The notes under the pieces were generated by a model. The model was not told the origin of the DNA, searched no databases, and saw nothing but the letters and a program-made list of their open reading frames with translations. A program made the position numbers and the translations under genes. DNA of 62,343 nt, counting the filler, from Sphacelaria rigidula (lineage: Eukaryota), in the NCBI GenBank assembly GCA_964200075.2. It is 9 parts of 9 records of this genome, joined end to end, with 100 filler letters (N's around TTAATTAATTAA, not from the genome) between each part and the next. Parts side by side here need not be neighbours in the genome. Positions count along the whole stretch, not along the records: positions 48,569 to 55,406 come from CAXNAA020017830.1; positions 55,507 to 62,343 come from CAXNAA020017831.1; 7 more parts are not named here. One strand, 5' to 3'. This document shows positions 48,469-60,345 of this stretch, piece by piece; the first letter of the stretch is position 1, and every line of letters starts with the position of its first letter.

Positions 48469-48602
48469 NNNNNNNNNNNNNNNNNNNNNNNNNNNNNNNN
48501 NNNNNNNNNNNNTTAATTAATTAANNNNNNNNNNNNNNNNNNNNNNNNNNNNNNNNNNNNNNNNNNNNGGAGTTATGCATCGGACCCATCGAACTTGGCT
48601 TT

Positions 48603-48680
48603 TGTTGAGTAACCGATTGACTGCTGAGCTAATCAGCCAGCGCTGGCTGATTAGCTCAGCAGTCAATCGGTTACTCAACA
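48603..48680. mobile_element. Perfect 78-bp palindrome with TGT...ACA ends and a CTTT 4-bp flanking duplication (mini-MITE)
   Basis: CTTT|TGTTGAGTAACCGATTGACTGCTGAGCTAATCAGCCAGC-GCTGGCTGATTAGCTCAGCAGTCAATCGGTTACTCAACA|CTTT. The 39-bp arms have no mismatch and no loop. Confidence 0.8.
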
Positions 48681-48979
48681 CTTTTCGACGACGTGTTCTG
48701 CCGCGCACAGAGGTGCGTCCTGTCCAAAAAGAGAGGCAGAGAGGAATCGATCTTTGCATTGGTCAGTACCACATACAAGAAGAATAGGCGACAACCCTTG
48801 GCATCCCGATCTTCTTTGGGGGACTGTGCAGCATTAACCCGCCTGCCGGCCCATGGAAAATTGGGTATATGCTGGTAGCATGAAGCTTATCTCTTCAGTG
48901 AATGGGAATGGCCGAACGAGGACAAGTAAAAGACACAGGCGACGAGCTTCCTCTCCGCCATTGCTCTTCCGGTGGTATC

Positions 48980-51900
48980 TTAGCCCTTTGACGTGGCCGT
49001 AGCGCGCTTCCTCGCAGTACACCGTCTACAGCGGAGCAAGACAATCATCACGAGAGATCTCGATGGGTTGAGCAGACGGCGAACCCGAGTGGGGTGCTGC
49101 ACCGCCTTTCTTTTCATTGCTTGTTCAGATGTCACCCGCTTGTGTACCGCTCTCTGACCCTTCTCTCTCTGGATCCCACCTTCAAGCCCCAATTATAGAG
49201 CTTACAATACAGAGCTTACATGATAGAGCCGCGGGACCGTTCTGGATCGGCTAAATACTGGCTACTGTAGTGGTTCCCGTACCGTTCTTGTTGGTACCTC
49301 GTACTGACCCGTGCTGCCTCCTACCAGGCTAGTTGACTACATGCCGGATAATTTAGGTATGAGATCTATGTCCAATACATTATCTGCACACTCCCTCATG
49401 ATCGTATAGCGGGAACACCAGAGAGCTGATACGATCACATCCAACGTGCTAGATACGAGGTACAGGGTTTTCCCATTGAATGGCACTCAAGCCACGTGGT
49501 GGACCTGGACTCTCCGGACTCGCCCCGACGTCTGACGCCTTTTCCGTTCTGACATCCTTCATCGAGAACGGCGACTTGAACGTTTGTTGGCTTTGTGCGA
49601 GGTTGTCTTTGCTTGGCCTGCATCCCGCACCCTTGGGTGGTTCCTACACTGCCTTTATTGTTTCCTTCGCCGCGGGCTCTTCCTTCGCTTCTCAGTCGAG
49701 GGTAGAACCGTCCGCGCTTTGCAAGCATTTAGTATCGAGTGTCACCTCTTCATTGTCGCCCAGGGTCTCTGGTGGTTTGGTGACTCGGCCTTGTTCACGG
49801 TCATCTCCGCTTGAGAAGGCGCCATCTTCTAGTCCAACCTGCTGCTCCTTTCTTGTCCGCGGTGCCTCCGTCTTTGGGCCTTCAGAGCGCTCGTCCGCGC
49901 TTGGAGTCGCATGGGTTACAGGCGTCGCCGGTAGAACCTGTGGTCCCAGCGGTTCACCGGCCACTCTGCTCTGAAGCTCGTTGTCCTTCCGTTGGATTTC
50001 CTCTTCCATGGCCACTTTCCGTCTGTCGGTTTCATGTCCTACCAGGGCTTCTTTCGCTGTCCACGGTTCCTGTGGTCCAGTGACGATTCCGCCCCCGAGC
50101 ATGCAGGATGCGCCTTTGTCCTGATCTTGTCGAAGGATGGCAAGGAAATTTCCGCCATCAGAACTCCTTTCGTCAGAACTCTTAAAGCGTTGCTGTGTGT
50201 TGTCGGCCCGACGCCGTTGCGCCCGGTAACTCGACCTGCGCAGTCCACTGTCCGAAGAAGATCGCTTCGATGATGTCGGGTTCTGTGGTGGCTGTCCACC
50301 CGGGCCATCATCGCCGTCGATTTGTGCTGCCTTCTCTTCTTCCGACGGTTCGTCCTCATCGTCACTCAGGTCGACAGCCTTCAGTTTGCCCATGATGTCT
50401 AGGATCTTGGCCTCTTATTCAAACGTGATATATGTGATATGTGATAACTTGACGAGCTTTGATTCTTGTTTTTATTATCATCATTATTATTATTTCCGCC
50501 TGTATCAACCGTATATACCAGCAGAGAGAGAGTGCCGATCGTGCCTCAAGATGTCCCGCTTCGCATATTGACGGAACTTCGCAGCGGTACCGCGCTGCTG
50601 CTTGTGCTGATCCACGAAACACTCGGATCCCCAAATGCGAAGCCGGTCGTATTGAAAGGCTTCCCTGTCAGCATCTCGCATGGGGTCTCAGCCCCGAGCT
50701 ACTCTTGGGGCATCTCTGCGGTCTTGAATGCCGCATCCGCCATAGCGAAGAACCAGTACTTCTTTCCGCGTCCCGATTTCACCAGTTGGCTGCGTGCTAT
50801 CCTCATCAGCACGTTCAGCAATTCCATTACTTTGCGGTGTCCCGTGAGCAGCGCCACTTGATGCCGCAATCGGCCAGCACGCGTTAAAACAATTGCCGAC
50901 CGTCCAAGTTCCCCAACGCCGTCTCCGCTGGTGCATTTGATGGCAACTCCCTCACGGGCAATTTCGTCGATGCAGGCTCTCGTGGCGTCAGCGGCAGCGT
51001 CTCGTGTCTTGAGTCCAACTACGTGCTTGTCTCGACTGGCGTCGTCCGCAAAGACCTGAAGGCTTTTCATGCCCGAGACATCGACATGGGAAGGCTCTTC
51101 AAGGTCAGTATGCACGACTTTCCCTGGTGCTTGAGGACTCCTGCCTCCGCGGGCGTAGCTGAGCGCCTCGGACTTCCATTCCTTTCAGACGCTGTAGCGC
51201 ATTTCGGACACCACTGTGATATCAGATACACCGATCAGTCTATGCTTCTCGAGGTGTTTTGTGGCAGCCAGATCGATGTGTCCTAAGGTGTCGTGCCACT
51301 GCTTCAGTGTAAGGCGCTGCTTCCTATTTTCGAACGAACCGTGCGCCGACGCGGCGTGTTTGCCATTCCCCTGCAGCGATGCCGACAGGGTCAGGAACCT
51401 TCTATTCTCGGCTACTGGGATCTTCGGTCCGAGTCTTTCTATGATAGCCTCACTCCCAGACCAAGCTCAAAACTGTCAAAGAAAAAATTGTCATACAGCG
51501 CATGGTGTTTGGTTTCAGGCTGCATGAAGCGCCTCATGTGGGCGACATTGGCGGAAACGAACGCAAGCGTGGGAATTTCCAGCTGCTCGTTGTGCTCGGC
51601 TTTGGCGATGTCGATTTACGTGTAGATTTTGCCTCCCCATACCAGACACTTTTTGGGGGGCTTTCGTAGAAAGTAGTGTCATCCATCCTTTCTGAACCGA
51701 AGGCGGCTTTCTTTCCTGCCGGAGTCCATGAATTCTCCTTCGTCACGCCGAATTGTGCCGGCACTCAGCAGCAGGCAAGGTAATCCCTGACTCTAAGTAC
51801 GCCCTTCAGGATGTCCTTTGCCGGAGCCTTCTTTCCCCGAGCGGTCACTTGTAATGAGATCTCTCCTACTGCTAGCGCCTGCAGCTGCCCCTTGTTCCCA

Positions 51901-53403
51901 AATGTATGCGCGTGCCTGAGATCCTGTTTCCAGGGAGTCATGTGGACAATCGCTCCCGAGTCGCAGACAATCGATACCTCTGTGTGACTGTTGGTCGACG
52001 TGCACATGGATACTACCCGTTCATCTTCGACTACCACGTTCATCGTCATGAATACCCTCGGACTGACCCTACTCCCATTACTTCTACCGCCTTGTGGAGG
52101 AGGTGCGAACGTTCGTGCGGGGCTCATCCCCGGCGGTCGTGTAACCGGAGGTTTGCCGTCAAGGTAGGAGCAGCGTACCCGCCACCCATGATTTCGCTTC
52201 AAACAGTAGACGCATTAACTTATATCGAGTTCGGAGTCGGTTTTATTGCCGTCGGTTCTGGATTGGAACGGTACGGCCTCATCGTGGCGTTCCATGCCGG
52301 ACATGAGGTATGTTGATGATGCGACAACTGCCCGTTTTAGTTCATCGCACGTCATACTTGCCTGGGTTATCACCTGGATGAACACTTGTGGAAGCGCCTC
52401 CTTGATCCCGAGTAGCAGGGCTGCCCTCTTAGTCTCCTCGGCATTGGCGCTCGCAAGCGCTTCGAATTCCCCCCAGATGGTGTCCAGCTTCACAATGAAA
52501 TCTGCCGATCCTTCTGCAGAATTGCATCGGAGATCCTGCAGTCTTCGTTCCAATGCAGGTAGTTGCACAGGCCGCTCGTCCTGTGCACGCCCTCCCTAGA
52601 TCAGCTTAATCTCCAGTCAGTCCTCCCTGTCGTCGGGGGTTGCTGCCGTGCTCGCACCGTGCGACGATGGCTGCGGCTGACCCTTTCGTAGCCTGTGCTA
52701 GGAGGAACCACAAGGGCTGTGTGTTGCATTGGTGCGATTCGTACGCCCTACGCTGGTCGAGAGTTGTGGCCGTGTCGGAACGGCCGGTGTGGTGCCCGGT
52801 CGCAGCAGGGGAAATAGCCCTTTCCCTTCTACGTATCCAGCGATGGAGAGGCTCTATTCGTCCGATGTTGTCTTATGACTATGGCATGCATGATCATGAG
52901 TACACCATGTTGTCGCGAGTGCGCACGAGCGCCCGTCCAGACTGGCAACGTGCGTGAGTCTGCCTCCATACTCCTCGAGGCTCACGATCCTGTGCACTTG
53001 TGAGGTGTTTGATGTGCCCGTGGCGCACTTCCTCGCAGTGCACCGTTTTTAGCGGAGCAGAACGATTGATGGTCACGAGAGATCTTGATGGGTTGAGCAA
53101 ACGACGGACGCGAGCGGGACGCTGCATTGCCTTGCTTTTCATTACTTGTTAGGATATCACCCGCTTGTGTACAGCTCTCTGACCCCTCGCTCTCTCAATC
53201 CCAGTACTAAGTCCCAACTATAGAGCTTACAAAATAGAGCCGCGGAGCCGTTTACTCGGCTGAATACTGGCTACTGTAGTGGTACACGGACCGTCCCTGT
53301 TGGTACCTCCTATTGAACCGTACTGCCTCTTACTAGGCTGATTTACTACATGCCCGAGAATCTACGTATGAGATTTACGTCCAATACATAAGTTTCTCCA
53401 GCA
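48980..53403 (-). mobile_element. Ty1/copia LTR retrotransposon, internally deleted (LTRs ~48980-49390 and ~53001-53403; TSD GTATC)
   Basis: Two diverged ~400-bp direct repeats. GTATC at 48975-48979 and 53404-53408. PPT-like TGAGGGAG beside the 3' LTR. Gag, Zn knuckle CVYCLKRNHGWRVRC, protease CDSGAIVHMTP, integrase VHTDL, TPQSNGIAERA, YWFFAM. No RT or RNaseH motifs. Confidence 0.9.
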
Positions 53404-54756
53404 GTATCGTCATCGACACGCGTGTGCATAGCATTCATTCGGTGCACCTAGCCACAGCTGCTCAGCTGCTACAGAAACGCTTCTTGCGAAGATGCTTTTC
53501 CTTGGCATAACTGTTTGGCGCAAGACCCGCAATTTAGTTATGAGATTTGCACCTCATTTTAGTGTTCAACCCCATTTTCGAGGACCCTCTGTGATGTTTA
53601 TCTTTGCAAATTCGAAACGGCTCTCACCACGTGAGAGGAGGATGCTTTCGTCGGCTTCTTTCGGGTTTCATCAAAAATTGTTCCGGAGTTGTTTCGGACT
53701 CTCTCGAAAAGACAAAAGAGGGAGTATTTCAATGAGAAGTGACGTGTCTCCGTTAAGAATTCCCGTTCGTCGCTTGAAACATTTCATAGATAGATGTAAT
53801 GTTACGGAAAGAAATGCCACATTGTGTGTTGCGAAAGCGCGGATAGTGAGATGATGCACGCCGTAATTGGATAAGCAAACTGAAGTTTGGCTATCACTCG
53901 GGCATACAAGCTCATGCATCTCTGACTGTATGATTTTTTTTGTGATTACTCATACTGTACGGGAGAACGGCACAAATGACCTCTTGTCGAACGCTTGCAC
54001 TAGTTGTGTTTCAAATTGATACCTAATACACATATGCACTCAACGTTTTTCATAACAAACAGCAATCAACTCACACAGAGTATCCAGCGACGGGGATAAT
54101 CAGTTCAACGCAGTACACTCTACGCTGAACGCCAGGGGTGTCTTGAGCACAGCTTCAAGGCGATCATTTTCTCTTGTTATCGTGGTGGAATTGACAACTC
54201 AATAAAGTGTCAGCTTCGCTTCGTCTCTTGACGAGCATTAAATACTAGGGAGCTCAGTAATGAATTCTGTTTCGAAAAGGAACTGGATGCACCTGGATGT
54301 AGGGAGGCATCTTGTAACGATCGCGAACGGGTCCAAACATCCATCACCCCTGACTGCGGTACTTGCAGTTCCCGTAATCAGCCCTCCGAGCACTGCTAGT
54401 CGAATAGCTGGCTTATCATCGTACAGACCCTCCACCACTACGCCGCCATCCGTAACAGTAAAAATATAGGAGATTTCATAAATGAGAAACTCACTGCTTC
54501 TTGCGATTTTTCCTAGGGCTCGAAAAAGACTCAAGCACCATTTTCTTCCAAGATGAGGGATTCAGTGCACAGCGCCTTCCCTCACCTGATGAGGGCCGTT
54601 TCGAATATAGTGAGGGAGTCACAGACACCGGAGCGACAACATGCTACAAGGCAGGCTAGGAGAAGTTTCAACAGACAAATAAAATCCTCAGTTGGCTGTT
54701 TTTACATGTTTCATGTCACATGTGACTTGTTCGGAGACCGCTTGAACCCCCATTTA

Positions 54757-55210
54757 ACAGCGGATCCTGAAAAATGGGGTCCATCTCAAAAATGAGGTTC
54801 GAGTGGCATTTCTTTTTTGCAGGGATGACGCGAAACACTTACGACCGAGCGAAGTCATCTTCCCCAAATGTCCGCAGCACTTAAGCAGCTGTGGCTAGGT
54901 GCACCTAACGAGTGCGGTGTACACGCGTCTCGATGACGATGTCACCAGAGAGAGAAGCAACGACAGAGAGGAAGCTCCTCGCCCGTGTCCTCTGCGTGTA
55001 CTCGCTCGGCGATTACTAATCGCTCGAGAGACTGGCATCATTGATGTTACCAGCATGTGCCCAATTTGCCATGTGCCAGAACATCGAAGTGCGGAGAGAT
55101 TTTGTCTCTTCTTGCCTGTAGAGCCCGCCAATGCGAAGATCGTCTTCTCTCCGCCTCTCTTTCTGGACGGGACGCGCCTCTGTGCGCTGAAAAACATGTC
55201 GTTGAAAAAT
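54757..55210 (-). repeat. ~450-bp dispersed repeat with a CAG(C/T/A)GGATCC terminus; the inverted paralog of 48681-48979 + 53409-53592; more ends at 61933-62090
   Basis: The reverse complement aligns continuously across the copia insertion site: CTGGTGACATCGTCATCGAGACGCGTGT vs CCGGTGGTATC[copia]GTCATCGACACGCGTGT. Confidence 0.8.
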
Positions 55211-55529
55211 AGGGCAATGCTCCCGTCACTGCTACTGCTGTTCTCTGTCACACACATGCGAGCAAGGACGGTGCTGCGGCGAGAACAACATATATATCTT
55301 AATTGAACTCGAGGGGTGTTATTTATCGTTACTTTTACCCGATACGTATGTGAGTGACCCTCTGGGTGCCCAACGACAAGAGCGTGCGAGACGCCAGTTG
55401 GGGGGGNNNNNNNNNNNNNNNNNNNNNNNNNNNNNNNNNNNNNNNNNNNNTTAATTAATTAANNNNNNNNNNNNNNNNNNNNNNNNNNNNNNNNNNNNNN
55501 NNNNNNCCATTCACTGATTGACCGCTTTT

Positions 55530-58500
55530 CACTCTCAATCGTATCATCTACTCTCAATCTCACGAAAACACTGTTATACGTCGATGACCGTGCAACGTTG
55601 AAGAACGAAGCCCAAGGATTGATTGAATCCTACGGACAAATGAATGAGTGAAATGAAAAGCAAGTAAGTTGCAGGCGGATCGCTATTCGTTGGACCCTTG
55701 GAAGTGCTTGTAAGACAGGCCTGCATTGGAGTACTATTTTCTAAAAGTCCCGACCTTTTTGAAGCACTCGCAAGACAGGCCTGCATGGATTTTTTCTCTC
55801 GAAAAGTCCAAACCTCTTGAAAGTAGTCGTAAGGACAGGCCTGGATTGTATTCCCCCCCCGAAAAGTCCCTACCCCTCGAAAGAATTCGTACAGACGGGC
55901 CTGCATTCGATTTTTTTCCGAGAAGTCCCGATCTTTTGAAAGTACTCGTAGGACAGGTCTGCATTATTGTATATTGTTTTCGAAACGACCCCCCACTATT
56001 TTGTCATCCTGCTGCCAACAAAGCAACCCGTGTGTGTTGTCTCCCTATACTGCCTCTCCCCCCGCTATCTAGGCGCAGCAAGATCTGAAACCAGGGCTCC
56101 ACGCTCACCCGGAAGTGCGCGGTGCTCAGCACCCACGTCCAGAGGATGATTCGTCTTCGCAGTTCTCCATCAGCCAGATTCCGCAGGGGTCGAGATCAGG
56201 TCCTTCTGTACGTTCTATTGGCTACTCGTGATTACTTTGTCTCGTCTCTTTATGTCTCGGGGACCTCCACATTGGGATTCACTTCACCGTGCACAAATCA
56301 CAGTCGGGAATCCGTGGCGCGTCTACGATGTCAACTGCGAAATATGCCGAGAGTTCATGAGATACACTGCGACGAGGCTCTCAACCTGTGGGAACGTGCT
56401 TGGCGGAGCTGAATTCTCAAGTTGGGAGTGGGATAAATGGCCGCAGTAATTTTGCGAGGCAAACGAGCGTCGATACCCGTGCGGGAAGTTAGTTGACCGT
56501 AACCAGAAACGCGCGTGGAATCGTCGACAAGATGATGAACGTCGGGGTGTGTGTCCCTTGCGGAGTTGACGTCTGTCGTAATTGTTGAGAATGACGCATT
56601 TTTCTCGAAGGTGTGGATGCGTTTCATCACGTACTGCGGTGGTCAGATGTACAAGGTAACATCCTGGGAGAATAAGTGCTGTTTTTTTTCCTCCCCTTAC
56701 CAAAATGTACTTGGGAAGTCAAATGTGGAGAAAAAAAAAGAAGCGAAAAACGAAATGCTGTCGCAGCGATCGATGAGTATTTGGGTGTAGAAGCTAAAAG
56801 GGCGCGCGTTTTTGCCAAAATTAGTGCTCGTTTTTCGTTCCCCCCCCCCCCCTCCCTTTTTTTTCCGGCCGTGCTTGTTTTACCGAGCTCCTGTGGTGGC
56901 GATGTTGAAGCGCCGAATGCCCCAGTCGGCCCTAGTGTGGCGAACGACGTAGTATCCTGTACATCTATCAAGCAAGAGTCCAAAGCTACCGCGTAGAGCG
57001 TATGCACCATATCCAATTTGGCGTGTGTGTACTCTGTTGTAGCTTTGTAGTGTCTGCTTGAGCTTTTGTTTCGCCGCCCACTTATTGTTCGACCAATTCA
57101 ATGTCAAGTGCTTGCTCTGCTGTTTGTAAAACAGCGCAGATACAGTGGTATCATTCGAATACCATGTTACCAACGACTGTGGGAGAGTGTGCCGACACGT
57201 TCTTGTTCCTATATTGCCGAGTTGTCATGCTCTATTTTGGTATTTTTGCCCCCCCGCCCCCTGCTTATTTCAATTGAGTGTGTGTCGTCATGTTCGACGT
57301 TCGTGTAGGGATACAAGTTTGATGGATTTAGCTTCAACTTGTGAAATGCGTGTGCGCGGTAGTGCGTGAGGGCGTGTTTGTGTCTCCGTGTGTTTGTGTG
57401 TTGGGTGTCGCTGCTTTTCTCGTGCAGAGAACATGACGGGATAGAAATTGATGTTGTAGATGGGTTGACTGGCTTTGGCGTTGACGAACGAACCGACAGT
57501 ATGTTGCGTACGGAGGCGGTAATGTAGTGGGCAAGCGGAGTATGTACGGCCATTTATGGGGACTGTTTTGATACATTAGTATACCTGTTGGATGTGTTCG
57601 CGGAGGACGGTCGATCACGTTTGGCCGCCCGGGCTGTGGAGTGGGGTTCGCGCTGTAAAAATAATGTCGAGGAAAGGGGCCATTTTAGGGATGCTGAGAT
57701 TCGCGTGGCGAGTTTTCAATCCGAGTTTTTGGCCACACCATCATTGCTAAATGCGAGGGAGATCTGAGGTGTTGTCATGAGGCAGCACAAGAGTGATGGA
57801 TGTCAACACGTCGGTCAGCTCATGAGCTACCTAAAAATAACGAATCGGAGAGGACTCTCAGATTCCAATAATTCTAAAAATTGAGCTTTAAAACTGAGAT
57901 CATGTCCAAGAGCAGTGTTCATTTCCCCTCAAAACTACCCTAAAAAAACGAAGAAAATGAAACATATGAGAAATAGACGTATCTTTATTTTGATTATGCA
58001 CTAGCGATTTCCATATGCATACGGAATTTCAAAGCACAACTCTCAAAGACTGAGACGCGATACTCGAATTCAGTACATTTATGGCCTCTGCTCGCACTAT
58101 ATTGACTTTTTCAAATCTTACGTGAGCCTTACATCGACAGATTGCGGATTAGGTGAAGATGAGGGTACTTTTCGGGTTTCCGTGCTCCAGGAATTCTCCA
58201 CACCAAAAATCGTCATAATCCGCAAGAGTCGGTCAAAAATATATCTCGGGACACCTAGGCCCCGAGATCGACATTCGAGTTTTTGAAGGGGGGGGGGGGG
58301 GGGGGCACTCAGCCTGCTGTCCCCTACTTCATTGTCGAGGCGTTGGCGGATGCGGTCAGCTGCCGTGTAAAGAGATTCTTGGCATGGGGACCGCTGAGAT
58401 GACAGACACCGCCCGTCCAAGCTCATCACCCACCATGATGGCATCTATTGGATCATGTTCCGTGTCGTTTGCCTCGACTACTCACTAGTAGTTCGGGCAA

Positions 58501-59096
58501 ATTTGGCGAGGTTTTAGATCATGTTCCTACTTTGGCTACAGGTTCTCGCTACCGTGCAATCGTGTATTGTACATAGATCTGTCAGCGTTGCCGGCATCCG
58601 AGGTCATCGGGACAGGGCGGGCAAGCAGGAGAAACAAATATACGAACCCCACGAAGCCCGTCAAACTCTTCAGTTTTTGTCAGCTTTTGTTGATCAATTT
58701 CTTCGAAAGTCCCCCAAAAAATATTAAAATCCACAAAAAATCACAAGAGAAAATTTCAAAAACTCATGGCAATTTTTGGGGGGAGCCTCCGCGTCCGATA
58801 TTTTTTTTCGAGTCCTGGGAAAGTCCGCAAGGAGCAGCGAGTTTCCTACCTTTGAAAATTTCTTCTTTTACATCTATAAAACGTTTCCAGTAACGGAAAT
58901 TCTTTTCCGAAACGCCAACGGCGGCACTTTACTCCTGATGAAAATAATCTTTTATTTTTATTATTTCGAGAGAGTTCGACTGAACTCCAAAACAATTTTC
59001 CTTTGAAACCCTTGGGGCTAAAAAGGCTTTTACCGAACCGAAATTCAAAGAAACAAGGTTTTCGTGAGATTGAGAGTTGGGTGCGGATTGAGAGTG
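55530..59096. mobile_element. 3.6-kb non-autonomous TIR element with subterminal ~59-bp tandem repeats (55700-55965)
   Basis: Left CACTCTCAATCGTATCATCTACTCTCAATCTCACGAAAACACTGTT. Right (revcomp) CACTCTCAATCCGCACCCAACTCTCAATCTCACGAAAACCTTGTT. Flanks GCTTTT/GCTTTG. A third TIR copy lies at 59304-59348. Confidence 0.65.
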
Positions 59097-59990
59097 GCTT
59101 TGATCATTCGCTTTAACTTGGCCAATTTTTTATTCCGTGTGTGCTTTCCGCTGTCTTATCACTGCTATGTGCTTACAGGTACACGTTGATATCCTACTCA
59201 GGGGTATCGAGGGCCTCAGTGGCAAGCTACTGCAGAGATAATATTGGGCCTAGTGGAGGTGCATTTTGGAACTGAAACGTCTTATTCAGTAGTTGACCCT
59301 GTTCACTCTCAATCGTACGTTCAACTTTCAATTTTACGAAAACGTTGTCAAGAGTGTCCTGTCCTGTCCTGTCCTGTCCTGTCTTGTCCGTCCGGGTCTC
59401 ATTACGACGCTCCGAACCAGGCACTTTTTTTACCCGAATTGATTGGAAGCCGCGCTGCGCGAAACAACCATCCCATCGCTCTTCTAACATCAATCGAGAC
59501 GCCCTCAACAAGTTTCAGCTTTATTGGTGCTAATGGCGTTGTGTTTCGCTTCCGTCTATGGGCGCACTCGAGAACACTCCTGATCTGACTTCTTTTGACC
59601 AGAGCGAGTCTTGATTGAACTTCTCAGACTTGACTGTCGCAACTTCAATCGAGGCACTTTTGAGAGTTGAAGGCATCACACGCAGCAACCAGCTCTCCGT
59701 ACCACTTTCAACACCCTCAAGAGGGTTATGCTTCATTGCTGCTTTCTTCGTTGTCTTCACTTGTGCGTGCCGACGCCGTCCGTAGCTGAGGTGCAGGGGG
59801 TATTAAACTACGTGGTCGACGTTCACCGCCTTACACCTACCCGATCATTCTCGGGGCATCTCAACAACGAGCTATCGGCCATCGGACACGCGATTGATCT
59901 AAACTAAACTCTTGGGTTACGGGTATATTGGTGGTATTTTACTCGCACTCTGTGACCACGGGTTCGAGAGATCGAGCTAATGTGATGGAT

Positions 59991-60272
59991 ATAATAATAA
60001 TAGTAGTAGTAGTAGTAGTAGTAGTAATAATAATAATAATAACAACAGTAATAATAATAGTAATAATAATAGTAATAATAATGATGATAATAATAACAAT
60101 AGTAATAATAATAATGATAGTAATAATAGTAATAATAGTAATAATAACAATAATAGTAATAATAATAATAATAATAATAATAGTAATAGTAATAATAATA
60201 GTAATAATAGTAATAATAATAATAATAATAATAGTAATAGTAATAGTAATAATAATAGTAATAGTAATAATA

Positions 60273-60344
<72 letters not shown>

Positions 60345-60345
60345 T
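59991..60345. repeat. (ATA/GTA)n microsatellite
   Basis: Directly visible. Explains the poly-Ile and poly-Leu ORFs. Confidence 0.97.

Larger units (their letters stand above)
6840..55506. other. Eight artificial 100-bp scaffold linkers (N44-TTAATTAATTAA-N44) at 6840-6939, 13779-13878, 20717-20816, 27655-27754, 34593-34692, 41531-41630, 48469-48568, 55407-55506
   Basis: Identical linker with stops in all six frames. The intervening segments are 6839, 6839, 6838 x6 and 6837 bp, i.e. size-sorted concatenated scaffolds. Confidence 0.97.
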
